From Parvularia atlantis (Eukaryota), in the NCBI GenBank assembly GCA_943704415.1, contig CALSCO010000481.1, positions 1-45,323 of the forward strand: 45,323 nucleotides of DNA. The letters are read 5' to 3'. The notes beneath the pieces are model-generated. The model was not told where the DNA came from. It was given only the letters and a program-made list of their open reading frames with translations, and ran no database searches. The position numbers and the translations under genes were made by a program. Below are positions 10,208 through 21,435 of this stretch, piece after piece. Position 1 is the first letter of the stretch; every line of letters starts with the position of its first letter.

Positions 10208-13200
10208 GCACGACCGCGGGCACGTGTTTGCGGCCGCGGCGACGTCGTTCTTCGCGCCAGGCACCGCGCCCGCAGCAGCGGCCAGTGCCGCACACACGGC
10301 AGCAGCAGCAGCAACAGCAGCCGCGGTAGTAGGAGCGGCGGCGGCGGCAGTAGTCAGCGGACCGCTCGGCAACTTTGGCCTCGCCGCCGACACGCCCGGG
10401 CGCTTCGCCGTGCAGCAGATGTTCAAGAAGCTCGTGGGCACGGCCGAGGGCGTGATCAAGCTCGTGCTAGACGTGCCGCTGGTGCGCTCTGCCGCCCCCA
10501 TGTGCCGTGCGGGTGCCGCTGGCTGACGTGCCACGGCGCATGCGCAGGAGCAAGAGGTGCCGCTCGGCAAGCTGTTCCAGGCCGGCTCGAACGACTTCCT
10601 CGACCAGCTTGTGACGGCGCTCGGGCGCATCGGCAAACACTGCGCCGCGCCCATCATCGAGGTCCTGCTCGAGTGGCGCGCGACCAACAGCCGCGAAGTC
10701 GACGCCGACGTGGCGCGAGCGCGCAGGTGCCGCTTGCAAGTCCGCGTGTGGCGCATGACGCAGCTGACACCGCGACGCCACGTAGCGCCGAGGTCAACTA
10801 CAAGCTGACCGTGCGCGAGGTCGCCGCCGTGCTCACCGAGCGCCGCACCCTGGCCGCCGACTTTGTCTTCTGCCGCGTATTGATTGAGCTCCTGCGCAAC
10901 GTCCGCCCCGAGGCCGTCAACCAGCCGATCTATTTGCGGCTTGAGGAGCTCGCGTTTGACGTCGTCAAGTCGGCCGACCCGTGCGTCTGCTGCGCTGCGC
11001 ACGCTGCTGCGCCCACACACATGCCGCACGCCGCACAGCGAGCAGCTGCAAAAGTTCAAGAACAAGCAGCGTGTGCACGACCTGTTCTCGGAATTGCTCG
11101 GCGCCATGTCGGGCCTGCGCTTTACCTCGGTCGCCGACCGCTTTCTCGAGGAGATTGGCTCGCTCAAGGAGCGCGAGAACGAGCGCGCCGAGATGCTCAT
11201 CAAGGCCATGCGCTTCTTTATCCTCAAGGCACGCGCGATGCGTGCGCCGCCTCGCACCCGCTGACCCGTACGTTGCGCAGATCTACCCAATGAACAAGCT
11301 CGAGGAGTCGGCCGACTTCCTGCAGACGTGCGGCCAGCTGTTCCAGGACGCGCACCACCTGAAGATCAAGCACAGCTTTGCCGAGCTCTTCGCCGACCTG
11401 CTCGCACCCATCGCCGAGGCACGCCCGCGGCTCGCGGACGTGCTGCTGTGCATCGCTGAGCCGTGTGCCAGGTTGTCAACGCCGAGGTCAACGTGCCGAC
11501 GTGGGTCAAGTCGATCGACGCCATTTATCGCAAGTCGATGCGCATGGCCGGCAAGCCGTACCACGTCGTGGTGTGCCGTAACGCGCAGCCGCTGCGTCGC
11601 GTGTGCTGACGCGCCCCCGCCAGATGGCCCTGCCGCTCGTCACGAACGTGCTGTGCGTGAGCAAGAAGGACTTTTTCCTGAGCAACTGGTACCCGTTCAT
11701 GGAGCAGTGCTGGGCCAAGTTTCGGGTGCGCGCGTTTGCACTGCAACTGGTGCTCTTGGCACACACTGAAACGCCGGGCACGCCGCAGCAAGAAAAGCCG
11801 ATGCGCGCGGTCGCGCTGCAGTGCATCTGCCGCCTGCTCTGGGTGTACTTCTTCCGGTGGAAGGAGTCCGACTCGAAGACGATGCCCAAGATCGACGCGC
11901 TCAGCAACGTGCTCTTCCCGCCGGGCAAGCGCTGGATCCAGCCGCAGGTGCGCGCGCAAGGCGCTGCAGCCTGCGCCTGCTCACGCGCTGCTCGCAGGAA
12001 ACAAGCCTCGAGGGCTTTGTGACGGTCGTGCACTACGTGACCATGCGCTACCTCGAGCACGGCATGACCAAGATCATCTTTAGCCTGCTCGGCACAGACC
12101 AGCTCGGCGTGGGCGCATCGCCAGACGCCGTGTGCGCTGACCGCGTCATCATCGCCATCAAGGGTGCGCGCGCTTGTCTCGTGCCTCGTGCGGCCGTGTG
12201 ACTTTGCGCGGTCGCGTCACACACAGCCTTCTTGCTCGCCATCGCCGACCTCGAGAAGGCCGAGAAGGTACCCGTGTTCCCCAAGTCGGCGAGCACGCTG
12301 CCGTCGAGCGGCACGGTCAAGTCAAGGCGGAAAGGTCTGCGCTGCGCCTGTGCACAGCGACGGCAGAGCCCTGACGCACGCACAGCGTTGAGCATGGCCA
12401 TGCGCGAGAGCGAGATCGCCGCGGCCGGCGTCACGCCGTACATGGCCGTGTTCAACACGTCGCTCGGGCACATCCTGCTCCTGATCGACGGTGCCATCGG
12501 CGTCTTCACCTTCCGCAACGACAAGATCGCGCTGAGCAAGAGCGTGGCCGAGGTCATCCCGAAGGAGCGGGTGCGTCATGCCGTGCGCCTGCTGCCACCT
12601 GCAGCTCACCCCACGGCGCCAGCTGTCGCTGCTCGACGTGGCCAAGACGATCCTGCGCGCGATCCCGCGCTGCATCCCCACGGCCGAGCTGGACGAGATC
12701 AAGGCGAGCACGTTGCCCGCGTCTCCAAGCCGGCGTCTGACCGGGCTGCGTGTCGCGCGCGCAGCTCTACGGCCTGATCGCCAACCTGTCGACGCACATG
12801 GACGTGAGCCTCGCGCTCGACGCGTCGCAGGCGCTCCTGCGCATCGCCGAGCAGTGCCCAGACCGACGTGTGCCGTTGATCTACTCGCTGGGGCACTTTG
12901 TCGCGAGCATCCCGGACCGCTACACGACGCAGCTGCAGCAGACCGTGCAGCTGTACGTGTCGTGCCTGGCAAACGTCATGCCGGCCGATGTGGTCTCGTC
13001 GGCCAACTCGGTCGCAGTGCAGGCGCTGATGGTGCGCCCCCCAGTGCGTGCACGACAATAAAAAGACTGTTCTCACCCGCGCTACGCAGCCCGGCGGCCT
13101 TGCCAACGCCGTCACGGGCCCGCTACGCATGATCGAGGACGCCGAGCGCATCGGCCTGCTACTCTGCTGCCACGTCAGCCCGACCGTGCGCGTGCTCGGG

Positions 13201-16200
13201 CTGCAGGTGATCCAGTGCGCGGGCGACCTGGGCAACAAGGTGCAGACGTTCGTGGCCGAGGGCATGACCACGTCGACCGCGGCCAGCGCCGCGCCGGCGG
13301 CCGAGCAGACGAGCGCGTCGATCGCACTCGCTGTCAAGGCGGCCAAGAAGGTGCGCGACGAACGCTCGTTTGGGAGCGTCTTGAGTGGCACGCGCAGGCC
13401 CGCCGCTCGTCGGACCTCGTCGTGATTGCACAGCGCGTGCAGCATGTAATGGAGGACACGGGCCAGGAGGCGCTCGAGAAGATCGCCAGTGCGTTTGCAG
13501 GGCCTGTGCGCTCGCAGTGTGCTCATTAACGACCGCAACGGCACGGCGCAGACGTCGAAATGGTCGACACGGGCAACAGCACGGCCGAGCGCAGCCCGTA
13601 CCACACGTTCCAGGACGTCGCCGCGGCAGACGGCCCGCAGGCGCACCTGGTGTGGATCCGCATCCTGTGCGAGATGATCAAGGCCGTCGTCGAGACCTGC
13701 CCGGGCCCCGTGCGCCGCTGCTGGCCCGACGTCGTAGCGCGGCTGCTGGAGATCCACCCGTCGATTGAGGCGACGATGGCGCCGACGCCCGGCACGATCC
13801 GGTGCGCGCCGTGCCTGCGTTGCTCGTGTGCAAGGCTGATGCGCTCACGCAGCTCGACGCTCGCGGGCATGCCCGGCTGGGCGGCCAAGTACGAGGTGCC
13901 CGCAACGGACGAGCGCGTGGCGCAGTGGCGCAACTACCTGTACTTTGCGTGCTGCGCCGGTGCGGCCGTGACGACGCGCGTGCGTGTACGCGAGCGGGCG
14001 CTGATGCGGCGATGCACCGCGCGCAGCGTTCACGCCCGAGACGCCCGGCGCGCTCGCCAAGAACAAGATCACGCATGTGCAGTCGGCTCGCGACCTCTTC
14101 CGGCTGATCTTGCCGCTGCTCAAGAGCGACAAGGACAACATCGTCGACGCTGTCGTCGGCTCGCTCGGCGTGACCAACTGGGTTGTGTACAAGGCACGCA
14201 GCGCCTGCACAGCGCATGAGCACGGGCTGATGAACGCGCGCGTGCAGGTCCTGCTGGAGGAATTGCACCCGACCGTCAAGAGCATCTACTCGGACGACCT
14301 CAAGGTGCGCAAGGTCTCGACGAACCGCAAGGTGGACGGCCTGCGCCTCGAGATCAGCCGCATCTACTACCTCACGGGCGACTTTTTCCGCCACCGCGTG
14401 TTCCTCGAGGACGACGGTGCGCGCGTACATGGGCCGTCGCTGTGCGGTGCTGACACGCCGTGCACAGCGCTCATGCAGATTGTCGTCGACTACATCAACC
14501 TGTCAAAGACGTACCTGAGCCTGGCGATGCCGTCGAATCCGTCCGACCTGGTGACGGTGCGCGGGCGCATGCACACATTTGTGTGCCAGCGCTGACTGTG
14601 GCGGCAGATGCGGCGCGACTTTTGCGGCTTTGTCGAGTCGCTGTACGACAACATCTCGCGCAACGAGACCATCTGCGCGCGCTACTTCCCGCCCAAGATG
14701 CGCTCGGCGCTTTTCTTCCTCTTCGCCGACTGGAGTGGCTACAACATGTCGCTGACGAGCATGCTGCGCGAGGAGCCGCGGCCGCTGGTGCGGGGCGTGC
14801 ATCGCGTCTGTCCTTAGGCCGCTAACGCGCGTGCAGGCGCATTCGCCCAGCAAGGAGATCAAGCGCAGCGTCGAGCGCGTGCACAAAGACTCTAAGGACA
14901 ACATCGACACGGACTTCCAGGCCCACGCGCCGATCGAGATGGCCGCATACAAGGGTGCGCGTGCACCGGCTGCGCTCCTGTGGTGCTGACATGCGCGAGC
15001 AGCAATGTCGGCGCTGTGCAAGGGCCGGCTCTTGATGCGCGACAAGCGCGTGTCGCGCGTGATGGGCGGCGGCGACTTTGAGGACCCGCTGTTTTCGTTC
15101 TCCAACATCTTCGAGTGGATCAACTCGCTGTTCCACGTGAGCGCATGGGCTGCGACGCGCACACTGTGCTGACGGCGGCGCGGGCGCCAGAACACGAATC
15201 CGCTGTACCACCGCGTGGCGCGCTCGGCACTCGAGAGCCTGCTGTTCTACAACAACAAGGAGCAGAGCCTGCTGGACACGGTCATCACCGAGTGGTGCGT
15301 ACTGGCAAACGTAAAGCGCGATGCACTCAACACGCACGTGTCTCCGCAGCTACACGGGCCCGGCCGACTCGCCCTCGACGCGCGGCTACTTTCTCGCGCT
15401 CGTGGACGTGTTCACGCGGCAGCAAAACTACCCGTGCCACCTGCCGACGATCCTCAACTTGATCCTGTTCAAGACGGCCGACCCGGACCAGCACATCCGC
15501 AAGTATGGTGCGTGCGCGGTTGCTGGTGTGTCTCAGCGGTGCGCGGCGCCTGACACGCCTGCCGCGCGATCGCTAGCCGTGCAGCTGCTGCAGCTGATCG
15601 AGGAGCGCTTCTTCCTGGCGTCGCTCGTTGCCGACTACCGCATCTCGCTCACGTCGTCGCTCCCGACCACATACAAGCAGTCGCAGCAGATCCTGTCGGC
15701 GCGCCTTGCACAGGACCACAAGGGCCTGACAACGGAGCTTCTGGCGGAGATGACGCGGCGCGTGGAGCTCGTGCCTGGAGTGCGTGCGCCTGCAGCACGC
15801 CTCCGCCTCGCACTGCTTACGCGGCGTGCATGCGCAGGCCCGCCAGCGCGACATGCTCACGATCGTGCTGCCGTGGATCGGCAACCTGAAGAACCTGAAC
15901 AGCTCGCCCGCGTCGTGGGTCGTCCTGACCAACCTGTTCTTCCTCACGGTCAAGTTTGGCGACGAGTACGTGAAGGAGATCGAGTCGCTTTGGATCAAGC
16001 TGACCGAGGACAGGTGGCGTTACGGGTCTGTCGTGGCTGCGTGGCTGACGCCGTGCGCGCAGCCCGGAGAACGTGCCGCACATCGTCACGTTCCTGCTCA
16101 AGACGGGCCTGGCCATCCGCAACGTTGAGTTTGCGTCGCACGCCAAAAAGGTCGTGGTGTACATCGGCCGGACGGCAGTGTGCCGCCAGGTGATCGACTG

Positions 16201-19200
16201 CTTGGTGGACCACATCGTGCCCGACCACAACCTCGCCGAGATTGTGACAACGGCATTCGGGCACTCGGCCAGCAGCTCGCGCGAGGTGCGTGCCCGCCGC
16301 ACTGTGCCTGTGGTCGCGTTGCTGAACGACACGCAGGGCACGGTCGAGACGATGGCACTGTCGGGCAAGGACGGCGGCGCGCGCGGCAGCGGCGGGCTGT
16401 ACATGGCGTCACTCACGTCGGTGCTGCCGCCGCCGGACGCCAACTCGTCCTCGGGCGCGAGCGTCCTGGGCACGGCGACGACGACAACAACTGGCGCAGG
16501 TGTGCAGCGGGCCATCTCCAAGTCGGAGCTGGCGTACATCCTGCTCGTTGACCTGACGATCGAGGTGCGGCGGCTGGTGCTGTGCTGTGCGCCTGCGCAC
16601 TCATCCCGCATGCACTCGGCCGCCAGATCAGCGAGGAGCTGCGGTCGCACCTGCCGCTGCTGCTGCACGTTGCGTTCTTGAACATGGACCACATCAGTGA
16701 CCACGTCTACGAGCAGTCGCGCCTGCTGTTCATCAACCTCGTGCACTCACTCGCGGCCAAGCTCGCGATCAAGCCCGAGGACCACTCGCGCGCGACGGCG
16801 CTCATCAGCACGCTCACGGACAAGGAGGGTGCGCGGCCGTGTTGTGCATCGTCGGCGCTCGCTCACTCGCCACTCGCAGGCACGCGCATGTGGGCGCACG
16901 AGGAGCGCAGCATCCACTTGGCGCGCCTGTCGAGCGAGAACGAGCTTGCGGCGCTGCTGCTGCGTACGCTCGAGGTGTTTTCGGTCGAGACGCCCGGTGC
17001 GTTGCTCGCGCAACACGCAGACGAGGCTGACAAGCGCGCGTAGATCTGCGGCAGAAATGGGCCTCGGTCGCGCTCACCTGGGCGACGACGTGCCCGTTCC
17101 AGCACCTCGCGAACCGGTCCGCGCAGATCTTCCGCGCGCTCAAGCCGGGGCTGCAGCAGCAGATGCTCGCCGACGTGCTCACGCGCCTGTCGGACACGGT
17201 GGCGTCCAGCCGGCTGGACAGTGCGTCTCGCTCGGGCTGTGTGTGTGTGTGTGTGTGGAGCTGTGCTAACCGCGTGCTCAGGCCGTATCTTTGCGCTCGA
17301 GCTGCTGACGACGCTCAACAGCTTCATCGACTCGCTCGACGCGGGCAAGCTTATCCTGTTTCCGCAGCTGTTTTGGGCGGCCGTCGCGATTCTCTCGTCC
17401 AACTACGACCACGAGTTTACCTGCGGCCTGCGCACGCTGGCCAAGCTGCTCGAGCGGCTCGACCTGTCGGACGAGTCTGTGCGCAACGTGCTCATGACCA
17501 ACGTGCGTTTGTGGCGAGGGTTTGCTGTTGCTGAGCCGCGCGCGCCCGCATGCAGCTCCCGCTCGACTGGCAGCCGCCGTTCACGGGCGTGCAGCCGCTC
17601 GTGCTCAAGGGCCTGATGTCGGAGGCGACCGAGCCCGCGACGATCACGTTTCTAAGCAAGCTGTGCACGATCAAGTGCGTCTGCAGAGTATGTCACCACT
17701 GCAGCTGACGGCACGCGCACGTGCGTGCAGGCCGGACACGTTCGTAGACACGTCCGAGGCGCGCGTGCTGTTCACGATCCTCGCGAGCCTGCCGTACCTG
17801 CACATCCACGCAGGCGAGACGGACGAGGCGCACGCATCATACGTGTACGTGGCCAACATCGCGCAGCTGTGCGACGCCAAGCAGCTCGGCAACCTGTCCA
17901 AGTGGTTCAAGAGTGCGTACTTGGTGGCTGAATTTGCGTGGCGTGCGCACTGACGCGTCGGCGCAGATTTCAACAAGCGGCGCCGATTTGACGAGGAGGC
18001 GCTCAAGCAGGTGTGCTCCTGTGCGCACAGCTGTGGTGGCTGACTGGTGCGCACGCGGCGCAGCTGGTCCTGGCGATCAAGGAGGCGTACTTTCCCGCGT
18101 ACGAGGTCGCGGCGCTGCAGTTCCTGCTCGACCTCGTGGACTTTGGGCCCGCCAACTACAAGGTGTGCTCGCTTGCCCGGGCCTGCGCCATCGCTCACGG
18201 CGTCGGCAGCGCCCGGTGCTGCTGGTGCTGCGCGCGGCGATCACGTACGTCGGCCTGTCGACCGCGTCCAACTCGACCGTGAACCACGAGGACCTGATCG
18301 GGCCTGTGTTCCGCCTGCTGAGCACCGAGTTTGTGGAGGAGGCGCTGCTGATCCTCGACCACACCGTGAGCGTCGCGAGCTCGGCCAAGATGTTCGTCGC
18401 TGCGCAGGCGTGCACGGCGTGCTGCTAACGCGCGGCGCTGCGCGTGTCTAGCTCGACCGCGGCGGCCCCGACCGGCAGCGAGACGGGCGACCTGTGGACC
18501 GGGCGGCGGCCGTGGTGGGTCACGCCCGAGGTCACGCAGTCGCTGTCGCGGCGCAAGCTGGCCAACGTCCGCGCGACTTGCATCGGCGCCAAGCCGCTCA
18601 GGCGCCGCAGCCGGCTGCTGACCGAGGACGAGATCAACGAGCTCTTCTCGACGCCCGAGACGCTCAGGTGCGCGTGTGCAGCAGCGTGGGGCAGCAGCTG
18701 AGACCATGCGTGACAGCGCGGCGTTCCTGAATTTGCCACACACGGCCACCGGCGGCACGAACGACTCGCCCAAGCTCGTGCGCTCGACCTCGCTCGACTA
18801 CAGCAACGATCTGCGCGCGCTGCACCTCATGCTCTCAAGCACGACCGAGGGCATTCTGCCGTCGCCGACCAGCACGACCGCGCCGGGGCTCGCCGTCGGC
18901 TCGGGCACGCTCGATAACCTGCTCGCGGCCGCCGGCGGCAACACGGTGGGTTCGCCCGTGTCACGCCCGCCGTCGTCGGCGATGCTGCATGTCGACAGCT
19001 CAAGCACGCTCAACGTCGCGAGCCCGCCGACGGTGGACGCTGCGGGCGGCATCGACGGCCAGATTGTGCTCTCGCTCAACGTGCCGCTCTCGCCAGCGCA
19101 GCAGGACGCGCTGTGGGTGCACTCATGGGCGGAGCGCGTAGGTGCTGACGGCGCTGCGCAGGGACATCCTCAGCGCGACACAGAGTGCGCCGCAGCTCGC

Positions 19201-21119
19201 GCTGTCGATGGGCTCGCAGCCGCTGGCCAAGGCGATCGAGAATAACAAGCGCAACACGCTGCGCCGCTCAAAGTCGGCGCCGCCGACCATGCGCGCGTCG
19301 TCCATGTGGTTCGTGGACCTGCTGCAGCAGCCGCTGTCGTACATCGTCGTCAAGATCCAGCTCCAGGTCCGTAGGCCCTGGTTGGGTGGCATGGCTGATG
19401 AGTGCACGCGCAGGAGTCGTACCGGTCGATCGCGCAGGGGTCGAGCGTGACGACGCTGATGCAGGACTTCGCCAGCGGCATGAACCTTGCACCGGAGCGG
19501 CTGCAGCTGATCTCGCTCGAGGCCGTGCGGCTGGCCGACGTGTTTGACAACCAGGGGTGCCTGCAGCCGCCGCTGTCGCCGCACGCCTCGGTTGACAACA
19601 TCAACCCGGCCGACGTGCGCGTCTCGCCCTCGTTAGAGTCGGTCTGCGTCGCGACGGTCGTGATCCTGTGCCGTGCGTGTGCGCTGCTCGTCCGCGCAGC
19701 CGTCGCTGATGCACGCGAACACGCAGTACCCACGGGCTCGTGCGCCGACGGACTCGTCGCGGCCGAGGAGCTCGCGCTGCTGACGCAGAAGACCGACAAC
19801 AGCGCGTTCGAGCGGCTGCGGCGGTTGGTGGACCCGTCGGCGCCACCGGCCGTGTTTGTCGGTGCGTGTGCGCGGCAGTTGGGGCGGTGCAGCTGATCTC
19901 TGTGCACGCAGCGTCGTCGGAGAAGCTGTACCCGTACGTGATCAGCGGGCAGACGATGGAGCCGCCCGTTTCGGTGGGCGCGCACCTCAGCGAGATGCTC
20001 TCGCCGCTACACACGTCGTTCCACAAGGTGCGCCTGTGGGTGGCAAGCGAGCCGTGGCGTAACGCACGAGTAGACGACCCGCACCAAGGTTGCGTGGACG
20101 GTCGCGGTTGAGACGTGGCAGCGCTGGTTCGAGTGCTTCCGCTCGGGTCTGACCGACCCGGCCGGGACCGACATCCCCGTAGAGTTCCGCGACGGCAAGA
20201 GCGACACGCTGACGGTGCGCTGAGTGCAGTGTGCGCGCGCGCGTCCTCACCCGGTCGCCCGCAGGACGCCGCCAAGCAGCACAGCATGCGCCGGGTCAGC
20301 GCGAGCCTGTTCCCGCAGCTGCACCAGATCGTAGCCCTGCTGCGCGACGACTTTAAGATGGCGCTCGAGCTGCGCCTCGCGTCGCTGTCGGCCAAGGCCG
20401 TGATCGTGCAAAACACGATCGCGCACTTGCGTGCGTGCCGGCCCTGCACGTGTGCGCCTGCGTGCGTGCTGATCGCCGCGCACGCAGTCAAGATGCTTGG
20501 CTCGATGCTCGACAACTTTGGCACGCCGCTGCTCACGTCGGCTGACGCGCCCGAGGTCGCCGACTGCGTTGCGCGGCTCGAGTCGTACGCATCGGTGCGC
20601 ACACGCTCGCATTGCCCGTCTCGCGCGCTCGCTCACGGCACGTGCGCACAGCGCCACCGCACGTGGCTGGAGGCGTTCGAGGCGCAGGAGCTCAAGGTCG
20701 CGACGGCCGTCACGACCGAGATGCGCGCCTACATTTACGAGCGCACCAACACGAACGGTTCGTTCGCGTATGTGGCGGCAGCGGGACTGATGCGTTGCGC
20801 GCGCACAGCCATGGTGCTCCGCGACGACTCGGACCAGCAGAATCGCTACGTCAGCGTCGCGCTCTGCAACCAGGCCACGCACTTTGTGCGGCTGCTGCAG
20901 TACGCCATCTCGTTCGAGATGCTCGTGCAGGACGTCTACGGCGCGCCCGCCGAGGTGCGCGCGTGCCACTGTGGGCAGCACTTTGACACACACGCGCGCG
21001 CGCACACACAGGGCAAGCTTCAGGCACAGTACATGGCCACCGTGCGCTCGTTCGTCTCGATCGCCACCTACGTCAGCACCATGCTCGCCGACGCCGCCCC
21101 GCCCGGACTCTTGTCGTGA
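10092..21119 (+). CDS. FRY: Furry/Tao3/Mor2 (PAG1) NDR-kinase scaffold, ~50 short introns
   Basis: MOR2-PAG1-type motifs LTERRTLAADFVFCRVLIELL, FTSVADRFLEEI, MRFFILKIYP..LEESADF, IKHSFAELF..LL.PIA, LVTNVLCVSKKDFFLSNW, WALTWATTCP..HLA.RS.QIFRAL, FPQLFWAAVAIL. Stop TGA at 21117-21119. Confidence 0.93.
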
Positions 21120-21400
21120 GCACACACACACACACTGTACAGATCGCTTGCTTGCCAGCCTGCCGCACACAGGCGCCACATCTGCGCACCAGCACCGACG
21201 GCGGCCTTTGTTGAAGGGCATGACGAAGACCTAAGGACTCGCTGCCAGTGAGTGACCTGACGAAGACTCTGGTCGAAGGCTTCAATGACTGGAGAGCACT
21301 GGCAGAGCAGACCGAGTTGCCGCAGAACGAGTTCAGGCTGCCGAACCTACGTGGACAACACACGACGGGGCCTCGTTCGCGGCCGTTGTCACAGTGATGG

Positions 21401-21411
21401 TTTATATATAT
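21401..21411. promoter_or_regulatory. TATA-like element upstream of CPSF3
   Basis: TTTATATATAT is the only conspicuous TATA tract seen in the window and lies ~25-35 bp upstream of ATG 21436. It reads TATATATAAA on the minus strand. Confidence 0.45.
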
Positions 21412-21435
21412 GGTTGTCTTGTACTTCGATCAGCA

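Noticed and set aside
19117..19141. Apparent 25-nt ultra-short intron in FRY
   Set aside because: A normal 49-nt GT-AG intron (19113-19161) with a CTGAC branch site restores the same frame.
21257..21280. Hammerhead-like core CTGACGA-stem-GAAG
   Set aside because: It has GAAG rather than GAAA, and no stem I/III with a UH cleavage site could be built.
21355..21375. ACACACGACGGGGC resembling the RNase MRP CR-V region
   Set aside because: No upstream GAAAGTCCCC-type CR-I partner was found.
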